NCBI GenBank assembly: GCA_965218435.1
Contig: CBDCKW010000009.1
Span: 3,360,001-3,424,000, forward strand
DNA length: 64,000 bases
Direction of reading: 5' to 3'
Source: Truepera sp.
GTDB lineage: Bacteria > Deinococcota > Deinococci > Deinococcales > Trueperaceae
Below, in pieces: positions 1 to 10,349 of this stretch (within the stretch, counting starts at the first letter, position 1; each line of letters opens with the position of its first letter). Made by a program: the position numbers and the translations under genes. Below the pieces are notes generated by a model. It saw nothing but the letters and a program-made list of their open reading frames with translations, was not told the origin of the DNA and did not search any database.

Positions 1-2589
1 TTGGGCGTAGAGCGCCAGCTGAAAGGTGTAATGCTCCGGCACGACCACACGGTCGGTTTTGTAGTCTTCTAGGTACCACACGCCGCCCGCGCAGTAAAAG
101 CGGTCAATGATGCCCTGCCAGACCGTCCCACCGTGCGGCAACGCCACCGGCACCTCAGCGTGATCTTCGGTGCGGGCCTCGAGCGCCGGTAGTTCATGCC
201 CGAGCATCTTTTCATACGTCGCCAAAAGGTCGGCAACCTCGGCCACGATGTCGCTCTTTTCCGCCTCACTAAAGGGAAACATCACCTCTTGAGCACGCAA
301 GTTCTCTAAATGAACCAGATTTTGTGCCGACCAATTTTGCGAGACGGCGTAGTGTAAGAGCGTCCCAACTGTTCGGGCACGCCCCGGCAGACGTTCGCCC
401 TCGGCGGGGTCGGCAATCGGCAGCGGCTCATGCTCGTCTCGTTTAAGTGAAGACGGTGACGACACCGGCGGGTGCTGCGAGAGCGAGAACGTTCGGCGCG
501 TCCACGGCGCAGTCGGTAGCCCAGAAGTTTGGGCGAGCAGAGCGGGAACCTCGGCGGCAGGTCCAACCGGCCACGCTTTGAGCACGAAGTCAGGGCGGGC
601 ATAGGGCCGTGCGCCTGCGCCGAAGCCGACCGCCGCGAGCGCCTCGGCCCAACCGGTCGGCCGGTCGTCTTTAACACTCCCCGATAAGAGCAGCACGTCG
701 CGCGCCCGTGACGCGGCGACATACAACAGCCGGTAGCTCTCACCTACCTCGCGGGCGCTGAGCTGCGCCCCAAGCTCGTCATACGCTGCGCTGCCCTTAA
801 GCGCCACCCGGCCACCCGCCGGGGAGATATAAAGCGGTTCGCTTCTCGGGACGTTCATCCGGCCGGTATCAAAAACCGCGACCACAGGCCACTCGAGCCC
901 CTTGGCGCTGTGGACGGTAAGCAGTTTGACGCCGCTCCCACGTTGCGGCACATCGCCCGCATCGGTCTGACGGCTGAGACGCTCCAAACGCTCTAAGAGC
1001 ACCCCGACCTCTTGCGGCGGCCGACTCGCAAAGGTAAAGAGCAAGGCGTCAACGTTTTCACGTGCCCGTGGTTCTAAAAAATCCACGTAGCGGTTGCCCC
1101 CTAAAAACGGCTCACGGACGAGGGTTTTTAGGGCCGTTAAGGGCGGCGTCCGCACCGCTTCACGAGTGCGCGTCAAACGCGCGAACGTTTTAGGAAAGTC
1201 CAGCTCGAGCTTTTCCAGCGGCTGTTCAGCCCCCAGCACCGCGTCAATGTCGGGCATGGTGAGCCCGGCGAACGGGCTTCTGAGCCAGACCGCGAGGCTG
1301 TAACCGGCGGGCTCGAGCCCCACTTGCAGCGCGTGGTACAGGTCCCGAATCTCGAGGCGTTCATAGTAGCCACGCCCCTGGAGGAGCACACTCGGCAACC
1401 CGACCTCGCGGAGCGCCGCCTCGAGGTAGCCCAAGCCCGCGTGCGATTTGGCCAACACCGCCATCTCGTGCGGGGCGTAGGTGCCGCTCAGGTCGGCGAG
1501 CCGTGAAGCAAGTACCCGCGCTTCATAAGCCCGCAAGTCAGCAACCGCTTCCGAGCCCGTGACCCAGTGCAGCTCGACACGGCCGGTTTTCTCAGCTTGC
1601 GGGCCGACGGTGGTGACTGCGGGAGCCTCGAGCGCGGAAAAGCCCCAGTTTTGTGCGGCAAAGCTGCGCGTCAGGTGGTTCAAAAAGCGGTTGATGACGG
1701 CCGCGTGGCGGCGCGTCTCGGCGAGCGGCGGTTGCACCTCACCCGTAGCGAGCGCCGCCCGAAAGACCTCGACATCCGCGTGACGAAAACCGTAGATCGA
1801 CTGTTTGGGGTCGCCGACGACTTCGGTGATGAGGCCGCCGGTCTCGAGCGCCCGGAAAAACGCGCCTTGCAGCGGGTTGACGTCTTGAAACTCGTCAACT
1901 AGGAGCACGCTGTAACGGCTCGTCAGGCGTTTGAGAGCTTCCGGGTGCCGAATCAAAGTCAGTGCCCGCCGCTCGACCTCCGAGGGAGTCAAGAGTTTCG
2001 CACCGAGCCGCACTCGGTAACGGGCGTACACCGCGTCAAACAGGGCGACGACCGCCGCTGCGTCCGGTGTGTCAGCAGTGTAGTGTTCGGCTAGCGAGCG
2101 CGACCTGAAGAGCTTGAGGGTCAGGGCGTAGGCGTCGCGGCCTGCCCGCTGCACCGTTCCGTAAAGCCCATGCTGTGGGCTCTCGGCAAGGTAAAGGAGC
2201 GTCTGCAACTCCTCTTCAAAGACCGCGGCCGCCTCCCACTCACCGACGACGCTAAAATCCGGGTCTAAACCCAAAAGCGGCGCGGTTAAACGCAGGGCGC
2301 TGCCCATAAAGCCGTGGATGGTACTCAGGGTCGCCCCCCCAAGTTCGCGTTCGGCGGCCTCCAGTTGAGGTGCGTCTTCGGCCGTAAAAGTCAGCTCGAG
2401 GTACGCACCCGTCGCCCGCGCCTCCCGTACACCTGCCCCGACCCGTTGACGCAGCTCGGCGGCGGCGGCGTTCGTAAAGGTCACGCCCGCAATCCGGCGT
2501 AGCGGCACGCCCGCGCGAATAAGCTCGAGGTAACGCCGCACAAGGCTCGTCGTCTTGCCGGTTCCGGCGGAGGCGACCCGAACTTTCAC
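1..2589 (-). CDS. addA: AddA/RecB-like helicase-nuclease (UvrD-type SF1 helicase + C-terminal RecB nuclease); 3' end runs off the window
   Basis: Absent from the ORF track; translated by hand from GTG at 2589. Motifs: MKVRVASAGTGKTT (Walker A), VTFTNAAAAEL, LLVDEFQD, VGDPKQSIYGFRHAD, LTVHSAKGLEWP, and WYLEDYKTD...QLALYA at the window edge. Confidence 0.9.
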   Translation of the reverse strand, partial: MKVRVASAGTGKTTSLVRRYLELIRAGVPLRRIAGVTFTNAAAAELRQRVGAGVREARATGAYLELTFTAEDAPQLEAAERELGGATLSTIHGFMGSALRLTAPLLGLDPDFSVVGEWEAAAVFEEELQTLLYLAESPQHGLYGTVQRAGRDAYALTLKLFRSRSLAEHYTADTPDAAAVVALFDAVYARYRVRLGAKLLTPSEVERRALTLIRHPEALKRLTSRYSVLLVDEFQDVNPLQGAFFRALETGGLITEVVGDPKQSIYGFRHADVEVFRAALATGEVQPPLAETRRHAAVINRFLNHLTRSFAAQNWGFSALEAPAVTTVGPQAEKTGRVELHWVTGSEAVADLRAYEARVLASRLADLSGTYAPHEMAVLAKSHAGLGYLEAALREVGLPSVLLQGRGYYERLEIRDLYHALQVGLEPAGYSLAVWLRSPFAGLTMPDIDAVLGAEQPLEKLELDFPKTFARLTRTREAVRTPPLTALKTLVREPFLGGNRYVDFLEPRARENVDALLFTFASRPPQEVGVLLERLERLSRQTDAGDVPQRGSGVKLLTVHSAKGLEWPVVAVFDTGRMNVPRSEPLYISPAGGRVALKGSAAYDELGAQLSAREVGESYRLLYVAASRARDVLLLSGSVKDDRPTGWAEALAAVGFGAGARPYARPDFVLKAWPVGPAAEVPALLAQTSGLPTAPWTRRTFSLSQHPPVSSPSSLKRDEHEPLPIADPAEGERLPGRARTVGTLLHYAVSQNWSAQNLVHLENLRAQEVMFPFSEAEKSDIVAEVADLLATYEKMLGHELPALEARTEDHAEVPVALPHGGTVWQGIIDRFYCAGGVWYLEDYKTDRVVVPEHYTFQLALYAQ

Positions 2590-3362
2590 GTTTCACCAAG
2601 TAGGTCAAGCTCTACTAGCCAGGAACTACGCCCGAAAACCTCGAGCCGGACAGCACTTTGAGAAAGGGTAAGAAGACCGTAAACGCCCACAGCTTCGTCT
2701 CCCAGCAATGGGACGAGCGCATCAAGTGTCAGGTAACAAATCCCATTTACGTTAGCTTGATGGTTCCAGTGCGCGTGTCCACTTACCGCGAGCTTGACTT
2801 TGTGGCGTTCCATCAGGCGGCGGGCCTCGGCGTGAGCTTTTGGGTGTGCTTGATAGCTGGTATCACCGTCAAAAAATGGATTTCCCGGCAGCAGCTCCCC
2901 GTCGAGCGGTTGATGGCTAAAGACAACAGCGGGCAGGGTATTTTGAGCTAAGGCTTGTTCTAACCATGTTAACGTAGCAGGACTTAACGCGCCCTCGACG
3001 CTACCGTCAAAAGTATCTAAAAAGATAAGCTGCCAACCGCCAAGCTCGAGGCTCTGGTTGCCCAGCGGTGCGCCCGAAAGCCTTTCTTGCCCCGGCCTCG
3101 GCATCACATCGTCGTTACCCTGAAGATAAACTTTCGGCAGCAAAACGCGGTCAAAGACCGCCGTAACCTCAGCAGCGGCAAGCTCAGCCTGGTCCGGTTC
3201 TGAATGGTTGATTCGGTCGCCCAAGTCAACGAGCAACTCAGGTCGGTGAGCTAGGAGTGACTCGAGCGACCTCTCAAAAAGCGGCAACGCCACACTACCC
3301 CGGACGTATTCGCTGTCCAATCTGTGATGAATATCGGTGATAAGTCCGACGGTGACGCTCAT
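2586..3362 (-). CDS. Calcineurin-like metallophosphoesterase
   Basis: Motifs TDIH, LGD, GNDD, FSHQP, SGHAH. Likely start is ATG 3362, overlapping the addB stop (ATGA); its own stop overlaps the addA start (GTGA). Confidence 0.85.
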   Translation of the reverse strand: MSVTVGLITDIHHRLDSEYVRGSVALPLFERSLESLLAHRPELLVDLGDRINHSEPDQAELAAAEVTAVFDRVLLPKVYLQGNDDVMPRPGQERLSGAPLGNQSLELGGWQLIFLDTFDGSVEGALSPATLTWLEQALAQNTLPAVVFSHQPLDGELLPGNPFFDGDTSYQAHPKAHAEARRLMERHKVKLAVSGHAHWNHQANVNGICYLTLDALVPLLGDEAVGVYGLLTLSQSAVRLEVFGRSSWLVELDLLGET

Positions 3363-5677
3363 CTCAGCCCGACCCGGCAGAGGTCGAAGACGCCGCACTC
3401 ACGGCAGCCGAAACCGGGTTTGGGCTCCATCTCACCCTCGGTAAACCGCTCATAAAGACGCGCCGCCTGCTGCTGTCGTTTAAGCATCGCCCGCGTCGGT
3501 CTGAGGACGCCCGTGTCGTAAACAGGCACCGGCTGACCCAACACCGGCCAGAGGTAAAGCTCAACCGACGCCGCGCCCCGAGCGAAAAGCTCAGCAGCGG
3601 CCCACAACTCGTGTAGACGTCCGCTACGCTCGGCGAAGCGTTTGGCGTCAGCGGCACTCAACTCGCCAGGTTCGGTAAAGGTATAAACGCGGTAGTGGTC
3701 GCCGCGCCGCCCCACCGCGTCGAGGATGGCGTAGGGGCCGTCGTCAGGGCTCGAGAGCGTATACCCAAACGTCAGCGGCAAAAGCGTCGTTTCTACCTCG
3801 TCCAGCCACGGAGCCGCGCCCGGAAAGTTCATGTGTAAGGTTTGTAACCTCGCTCCGTTCAGACGTTCAAAGCTTCGCAGCTCGAAGACCAGTTCACGCC
3901 ACCAAGCCGGTTCAACCTCGGTAAACCGCTCCGCCCAAAAACGAAACCCGCACATATCAAACCGAGCCAACTGTTTGACGCTCGGCCGTTTGAGCGAGAC
4001 TTTGCTCAGCGGCGCAGCGAAGCGGCTCCGTTTGCCCGCCTCGAGCGCACTCCCGGCAGGCAGTTCGGTCAGGGGCACCGCACCCGCCGTCAACGACACT
4101 TCTGCGACGCGTGGCCCGCCCTGGTCGGCTTCGGGATAGACGATGACCACTTCGTCGGCCCTCGTTTGCAGCTCTTCTAACAGCAACGGGTCACGGCCCA
4201 AAAAGCGTTTGGGCAGACCGAAGTGCTCAAAAATCTCAGCGAGGTTGCCTCTGCCTTCTTCGGGAATGAAATAGTCTTCGTGTTCACCGGCGTTGTACAC
4301 GCCCTCGAGCGCCCGCAGCAGATACGCCCGCCGAAACCGCCGCCCCGAGGCGAGGTTCGGTGTCAGGAGCGCGACGCCGCCACGCGGCCGGTCAAACACT
4401 GCCGTCTCTTGGAGCAAAGCCCCCCACCACGCCCTAAACTGCGGCCCCTGAGCGAGTTGCGCCGCTTCTTTGGCCCGCTCGAGCGCGTGCGCCTTAAAGC
4501 CGTCCCACCCGCGCTCAGGCGTGCGTTTGGTCAGCTCAGGCAGACTTTCTAACAGTTCACGCGCCCATTCTAGTTCGTTGCCGGGAGCCTCGAGCCGTGC
4601 CAGCCAGAATGACAGAGGCCGCTCCAAACCCAGCTCTTTGGCAAGTTGTGAGAGCGCCTCGCGTCCACCGAGATTTCGTTTAAGCGCCGCGTTCGCCAGC
4701 GGTATCAGTTCGGGAATCGCTAAGAGGCGCGACGGCGTAGGGTAGTCGGGTAGCTCGAGCAAATCAAGTAAGAGCCGTCCGCCCGGTGTCTCGGCGAGCG
4801 CCTTGGGCGTCTCGTCCATCAGCGGGACGCCGTACTCGTCGGCTAACACGGCGAACGCCCGCACCTCTTGTTCGGGCAAAATCACAGCCAGCGAGAGCGG
4901 GTCAGCGCCCTCGGCTAGGTCGCGTTTTAAGGCGCGTAACACCCAACGCGCTTCGGCCACGGGGTTCGCCGCGTGATGGACGGTGACGTGAGCGGAGACG
5001 CGCGGCGGCAGCGTCTCGGTGGCGACCATCCCCGGCGGCGCTTCGGGCAGAGATACCCACACTTCGATTTGGCGCGAGAGCGCCCGGTAAAGACCCAGCT
5101 CGAGCGGCCCCAACTCCCGGAACCCGTCCACGATCAGCAGGTCGGCTTCCGGTTCGGCCCTGTTCTGACTCGCTAAGACGAACGCTTCACGGCGAAAGTC
5201 GTCGTAATCCCACCTTTCACCTTTGAGCTGCTCAAAGGTACGAAAGACTTCACCGAGCCGTTTACTCTCACGGTCAGTTTGCGGCAACGTTTTCGGTTCT
5301 AAACCAAAGCGTTTCGCCTCGGCAATTGCCCGCGTAAAAAGCTGCGCCTCACCGGGGGCGGGCAGCTCGCCGTAACAGGTCAGCAGCGCCTCACCCACCA
5401 GCGCGATACGGCCCGTCCCGACCAAGAGCGGTTTGAGTTTGAGCGCAGCGGCTAAAAGGCGGTAGTACACCTGCTGCGACGAGAGAAACTCGAGCCCTAG
5501 CACCGCGCCGTGCGCCGTCGCGCGGGTATAGAGATAACTCCGCTGACTCGGCAGGCCGACCCACCAGACCCGTTTTCCGGCTCGAGTAGCGGAGAGCGCC
5601 ACCTCCAAGAGCCGCGTCGTTTTCCCCGATCCCGGCGGCCCAACGAGCAGGTTAAGCGGTTCAAACGCCTTCTTCAC
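3359..5677 (-). CDS. addB: AddB-like subunit of the helicase-nuclease
   Basis: N-terminal GPPGSGKTT; Fe-S-staple-type cysteines (FDMCGFRF ... CRECGVFDLC); same operon as addA. Confidence 0.75.
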   Translation of the reverse strand: MKKAFEPLNLLVGPPGSGKTTRLLEVALSATRAGKRVWWVGLPSQRSYLYTRATAHGAVLGLEFLSSQQVYYRLLAAALKLKPLLVGTGRIALVGEALLTCYGELPAPGEAQLFTRAIAEAKRFGLEPKTLPQTDRESKRLGEVFRTFEQLKGERWDYDDFRREAFVLASQNRAEPEADLLIVDGFRELGPLELGLYRALSRQIEVWVSLPEAPPGMVATETLPPRVSAHVTVHHAANPVAEARWVLRALKRDLAEGADPLSLAVILPEQEVRAFAVLADEYGVPLMDETPKALAETPGGRLLLDLLELPDYPTPSRLLAIPELIPLANAALKRNLGGREALSQLAKELGLERPLSFWLARLEAPGNELEWARELLESLPELTKRTPERGWDGFKAHALERAKEAAQLAQGPQFRAWWGALLQETAVFDRPRGGVALLTPNLASGRRFRRAYLLRALEGVYNAGEHEDYFIPEEGRGNLAEIFEHFGLPKRFLGRDPLLLEELQTRADEVVIVYPEADQGGPRVAEVSLTAGAVPLTELPAGSALEAGKRSRFAAPLSKVSLKRPSVKQLARFDMCGFRFWAERFTEVEPAWWRELVFELRSFERLNGARLQTLHMNFPGAAPWLDEVETTLLPLTFGYTLSSPDDGPYAILDAVGRRGDHYRVYTFTEPGELSAADAKRFAERSGRLHELWAAAELFARGAASVELYLWPVLGQPVPVYDTGVLRPTRAMLKRQQQAARLYERFTEGEMEPKPGFGCRECGVFDLCRVGLR

Positions 5678-5734
5678 CCCTTTATCTTACCGACACGGCA
5701 CCAAATATGTGCAAAAAATCGTAAAGTTACGCGT

Positions 5735-7774
5735 TTACGCTGAGTGATCCGTGAGCTGCTCGAGCAAAGCCTCCGGCGTCGTCACCGGCAACCGGCATGC
5801 GCCCCGCTCACAGACGTAAGCGGTCGGTTGACCGTTTACCCAGCCCCGGTTTTGAGTAAAGGGCAACCGCGCCACCAGCGGATCGTCAGGCGTTTCGAGC
5901 AGCGCCACCGCCGTAAACGTTAGGTCAGCTTCGCCTATCACAGCTAAGAGGGCTTGCGTCTTCGGGTCGTTCCGGTCGCCGAAGATGGCAATCTCCCGAG
6001 GCGTCGCGTAGAGCTTTTCAGTTGCCACCAAACACGAGCCAAACCCGGTCGGATAACGGCGCATCGCCTCTTGTAAAGGTGTGAGCGTAGCGAGCGCCAA
6101 GTCCTCCCATTCGCGGTTGTCGGTATAGCGTGACAAGATGACGAGCAACTCTGCCGCCGCACCGTTGCCCGAAGGCGTGGCGGCGTCGAACAGGTCTTTG
6201 GGCCGGACGATCAGCGTGTCGCCGGGAGCCGTGCTAAAAAAGCCGCCCGCGTCAGCATCGTAAAAGTCTTGAACGACGGTTTCGGCAAGCTCTAAAGCGA
6301 AGAGCAGCCACTCAGCCTCGAGCGTCGCCCGGTAGAGCGCCACCAAACCGAGCGCAACATAGGTGTAGTCCTCGAGCATCCCCGTAACTTTGGCCTGACC
6401 CGCTTTGTAGGTGTGGTTGAGCCGTCCGTTTTGATAGAACACACCGCGTATAAAGCGAGCCACTGCTCGAGCGGTCTCTAAATAATCTTCTCGCCCCAGC
6501 ACGCGCCCCGCATCGGCGTAAGCAGACACCAGCAGACCGTTCCACGAACAGAGGATTTTGTCATCGAGTCCGGGCCGAACCCTTGCTTGCCGCGCGTTAA
6601 AGAGCGTTCGTCGGGCGTGCTCGAGCTTTTCCGAAACTTCACCTACAGAGAGCGAAAACTCCTCTACCAGTGCTTCGGTACTTTGGGCGATAAAAAGAAT
6701 GCTGTGACCCTCGAAGTTTCCGGCAGGCGTGACGCCGTAACGGGCTTTGACGAGTTCTGCGTCGTCACCCAAAAGTTTGTCTATTTCGGCGGCCGTCCAA
6801 ACGTAGTACTTGCCTTCAACGCCTTCGGAGTCGGCGTCGAGGGCGCTGTAAAAGCCGCCTTTGGGGTCTTTGAGTTCACGCTCTACGAACGTCAGCGTAT
6901 CTTCAATAATCTGCTTGTAAAGCGGCTTTTGCGTCTTCGCGTAAGCTTCGGCGTAACGGCTCACAAGCTGCGTGTTGTCATAAAGCATCTTTTCAAAGTG
7001 CGGCACCAACCAGCGTGCGTCGGTGCTGTAACGCGAAAAGCCGCCGCCAAGTTGGTCGTAAAGCCCGCCCTGCGCCATCTTGTCGAGCGTTTCTGTAGCC
7101 ATTTCTAAAGCTTGCGGTTCGGAGTGCGCGAGGAGAAAGGCGAGCCCGGTATGCGGCGGAAACTTGGGCGCGTCGCCAAAGCCGCCGTAAACCGGGTCAA
7201 AGGTGCTCGAGAGGGTTTCCAACGCTGAGACCATGACCTCAGAGCTTAAATTTTCCGAATTAGCGGGTATTTGTGTTGCTGCGATAAGCTGTCCGGTCAG
7301 CGATTCGGCCGCTTCTAACGCCTCTTCCCTACGCGTCTTCCAGACCTCAGCCAGACTCAGAAGTATCCGCCGAAAACCGGGATACCCCAGGCGGTCTTCA
7401 GGTGGATAGTACGTCCCGCCGTAAAACGGCTTACCTTCCGGTGTTAAAAAGACGGTCAGCGGCCAACCGCCCGAGCCGGTCATCGTCTGCACGGCGCTCA
7501 TATATACCGCGTCAACATCCGGGCGCTCTTCACGGTCAACTTTAATAGAGATAAAGTGCTCATTCATTAAAGCAGCCGTTTGGGGATTTTCAAACGACTC
7601 GTGCGCCATCACGTGACACCAGTGACAAGCCGAGTAGCCGATGGAAAGCAGGATGGGTTTGTCCTGTGCTTTCGCAGCGGCGAAGGCTTCGTCACCCCAC
7701 GGTAGCCAGTTGACGGGATTTTCGGCGTGTTGCAGTAGGTACGGGCTCGTTTCATCAGCGAGGCGGTTGGGCAT
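5735..7774 (-). CDS. Thioredoxin-domain protein, YyaL/SPATA20 family
   Basis: [45 protein letters not shown] motifs. Confidence 0.9.
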   Translation of the reverse strand: MPNRLADETSPYLLQHAENPVNWLPWGDEAFAAAKAQDKPILLSIGYSACHWCHVMAHESFENPQTAALMNEHFISIKVDREERPDVDAVYMSAVQTMTGSGGWPLTVFLTPEGKPFYGGTYYPPEDRLGYPGFRRILLSLAEVWKTRREEALEAAESLTGQLIAATQIPANSENLSSEVMVSALETLSSTFDPVYGGFGDAPKFPPHTGLAFLLAHSEPQALEMATETLDKMAQGGLYDQLGGGFSRYSTDARWLVPHFEKMLYDNTQLVSRYAEAYAKTQKPLYKQIIEDTLTFVERELKDPKGGFYSALDADSEGVEGKYYVWTAAEIDKLLGDDAELVKARYGVTPAGNFEGHSILFIAQSTEALVEEFSLSVGEVSEKLEHARRTLFNARQARVRPGLDDKILCSWNGLLVSAYADAGRVLGREDYLETARAVARFIRGVFYQNGRLNHTYKAGQAKVTGMLEDYTYVALGLVALYRATLEAEWLLFALELAETVVQDFYDADAGGFFSTAPGDTLIVRPKDLFDAATPSGNGAAAELLVILSRYTDNREWEDLALATLTPLQEAMRRYPTGFGSCLVATEKLYATPREIAIFGDRNDPKTQALLAVIGEADLTFTAVALLETPDDPLVARLPFTQNRGWVNGQPTAYVCERGACRLPVTTPEALLEQLTDHSA

Positions 7775-7917
7775 TCTTTCACCCTAACGCCCTTATACTT
7801 GAAACGTAACTGCGTAACTTACGGTGTCAGGTCTAAAAAAGCGGCTAAACCCGAAGTCTAAAGCCTAAACCTCGAGCCCACGCCGCTTGTACCGGTATAA
7901 ATGACCGGCCGAATGAA

Positions 7918-8244
7918 CTATTCGACCAGCTCGTCGTCGGTGTCCTCGAGCGGTTCACTGACCCGCTCGTACAGGTCGGCTAGCGCCTCGTAGATGTCTT
8001 GAGCGTCCTCGTCGTCACTAATTTCCGACCACTCGAGCGCGGTCGCCACCAGGTCTTCAAGCCGCCGCGCAATTTCGTCCCGCCGCGCCGCACTTTCACT
8101 CAGCTCGTCAATCAGGATTTCATGCGTCCCGTCCCGTTCAAACTCATCGTCATCGGTCATATACGGGGTTTCGTCGCCGCCCATATCGCCGTCTGCTTCG
8201 CGGTCAAGATCGCTCATGCTATTTATACTGTCAAAGTCGCTCAC
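7918..8244 (-). CDS. Highly acidic hypothetical protein (108 aa)
   Basis: GTG start preceded by AGGAGG; very D/E-rich; fills the gap between yyaL and pdxH. Confidence 0.7.
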   Translation of the reverse strand: MSDFDSINSMSDLDREADGDMGGDETPYMTDDDEFERDGTHEILIDELSESAARRDEIARRLEDLVATALEWSEISDDEDAQDIYEALADLYERVSEPLEDTDDELVE

Positions 8245-8365
8245 ACTTATACCTCCTAGTCGTAAGTGTATAGATTAGCGCACAGGTCCATTTGTGATGT
8301 AAGGGGCAGACATACCAGCAGGGCTTGAAAACGGTGTAAAAGCTAAGGTTTAGTGCCGTCAAAAG

Positions 8366-9025
8366 GTGATAATGAAAGCTATGAACCTCGCCGACTTACG
8401 ACGAAACTATACGCAGGGCACCCTGAGTAAACGCAACCTAAAAGCTGATCCGCTCGAGCAGTTTCAGGATTGGTTAGATGACGCGCAAGGAGCCTCTGAA
8501 CAGGGCAACCTGCTCGAGCCCAACGCTATGACGTTGGCGACCGTTGACGCCTCAGGTCAGCCTTCAGCCAGAATTGTCTTGCTTAAAGGGTTAGACGAAC
8601 GCGGTTTTGTCTTTTATACCAACTACGAAAGCCGCAAAGCGCATGAGCTGACGGCGAATCCGAAAGTTGCTCTCGTTTTTAACTGGCTCGCGCTGGAGCG
8701 GCAAGTCCGCGTTGAAGGGATGGTCTCTAAGCTCCCTACAGAAGAATCTGAGGCGTATCACAAATCGCGGCCCCACGGCTCACAGCTGAGCGAATGGGCG
8801 TCGCCGCAAAGTCAGGTCGTTGAAAATAGAGAGGTGCTCGAAGCCCGCCTCAAGGAGTTTGAAGAGGAGTTTCCAGATGAGGTGCCCCTGCCCGACTTTT
8901 GGGGCGGGTTTGTCGTCAGACCAGGGCGGCTCGAGTTCTGGCAAGGACGGCCCAACCGTTTGCATGACCGGTTTCGCTACACCCGTCAAGGTGCGGGGTG
9001 GGAGCTCGAGCGGTTGGCTCCCTAG
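8366..9025 (+). CDS. pdxH: Pyridoxamine 5'-phosphate oxidase
   Basis: [39 protein letters not shown]. True start may be ATG 8381. Confidence 0.95.
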   Translation: MIMKAMNLADLRRNYTQGTLSKRNLKADPLEQFQDWLDDAQGASEQGNLLEPNAMTLATVDASGQPSARIVLLKGLDERGFVFYTNYESRKAHELTANPKVALVFNWLALERQVRVEGMVSKLPTEESEAYHKSRPHGSQLSEWASPQSQVVENREVLEARLKEFEEEFPDEVPLPDFWGGFVVRPGRLEFWQGRPNRLHDRFRYTRQGAGWELERLAP

Positions 9026-9106
9026 ACACTCGTTTCTTGCGCAGCTGGAAGACGACACAAAAAGGAGCTCCCGCAGGAGCCCTCAACTGGTTTAACCCGA
9101 CTGGCG

Positions 9107-10219
9107 TTACTGACCTTGACCCGCTGGCGCTGCAGGTGCCGCCGGAGTGGGAGCCGGTGCCGCAGCTGGCGCAGCAGGCGGTGTGGTGGGCAAAACGTCC
9201 GGGAACGTCTGAATACCCGACGCTTCTCTAAGCTTAGCCACCTCTTTGCCGAGCTGTTCACTGACGAGCTGCTCGCGTACCTGGTCTTTAACCTGATCGA
9301 AAGGCGTGGCTTGAGCCGGGTTTTTCTTGTTCACTTTGATGATGTGGTAACCAAACTGGGTCTGAACCGGCTTCGTGATCTCACCGACTTTGGCCCCAAA
9401 CGCCGCCGCTTCAAACTCGGCCACGGTTTGACCTTTGTTTAAGCAGCCTAAATCGCCGCCTTTGTCTTTGCTGCCTGGGTCGGTGCTGTTCGCCGCGGCG
9501 AGTTTGGCGAAGTCGCCCCCATTTTGCAGCTGCTGATAAAGCTGGTCGGCTTTGGCCTTGTCCGCGACCAAGATGTGCTGCGCACAAACCTGCTCGGATT
9601 GCTGATACTGGTCTTTGTTGTTATCGTAAAAGTCACGAACAGCCTTGTCACTCACCTTGATGTTACTCCGAAGCTGGTCTACAACCCGCTGCAGCGTCAG
9701 CGACTCGCGGATATAGCTCCGCAGTTCAGCTTCGGACTGGTAACCCGCGGCTTCTAGTGCCTGCTGAAAGTTGTCACCCGCAGAGGCTTTAGCCGCGCCA
9801 AACTCTTTGTCAACGTCCGCTTTGGAAACCTCGATACCCCGTTTTTGCGCCTCTTGTAAGAGGACTTCTTGAGTCGCAAATTGGTCTAAAAAGCTGGGTC
9901 TCAAGCTGGCGAACTGGCTGAGCGTCGCCTCGTCTAAAGGTGCGCCTTGCTGCGCGGCAAGCGCACGTAAAGCGATGTTAAAACGTTTTTCAAAACCGCT
10001 GACCGAGACCGTTTTGTTACCTAGTTTTAAGACGACGGCGTCAGGGTTGGCGGGTTGTGCAGCCTGCGTCGGGGCTGCGCCAGCGCCACCTGAGTTGGTT
10101 GCGGTTTGCGCTGCGACGAACATCAAGCCGCAAACGATGAGCAGCGTTACCGCCGTCCAGAAAATAGGGAACCGTTTTTCAGGCGCGCGTTTTTCAGTTA
10201 CCAACACACGTTTAGCCAT
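9107..10219 (-). CDS. Membrane-anchored PrsA/SurA-like parvulin peptidyl-prolyl isomerase
   Basis: N-terminal TM segment, HILV, DPGSKDKGGDLG, QFGYHIIK; Pro/Ala-rich tail. Confidence 0.85.
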   Translation of the reverse strand: MAKRVLVTEKRAPEKRFPIFWTAVTLLIVCGLMFVAAQTATNSGGAGAAPTQAAQPANPDAVVLKLGNKTVSVSGFEKRFNIALRALAAQQGAPLDEATLSQFASLRPSFLDQFATQEVLLQEAQKRGIEVSKADVDKEFGAAKASAGDNFQQALEAAGYQSEAELRSYIRESLTLQRVVDQLRSNIKVSDKAVRDFYDNNKDQYQQSEQVCAQHILVADKAKADQLYQQLQNGGDFAKLAAANSTDPGSKDKGGDLGCLNKGQTVAEFEAAAFGAKVGEITKPVQTQFGYHIIKVNKKNPAQATPFDQVKDQVREQLVSEQLGKEVAKLREASGIQTFPDVLPTTPPAAPAAAPAPTPAAPAAPAGQGQ

Positions 10220-10349
10220 ACAAGAAATCCTTTCAAGAAAAAAGCGGCGCGTCGCCGCCCAGATAGATAGGTAGACCCTACCACGCAGCGTATGAGAAAG
10301 TGGACGAAACGCTAAACATTTCGTCCACCAGATTAGCTGGTTGTCCGCT

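Noticed and set aside
69..2608. Numerous short ORFs listed over the first 2.6 kb
   Set aside because: All overlap the single long addA frame, which the track missed because it has no stop within the window.
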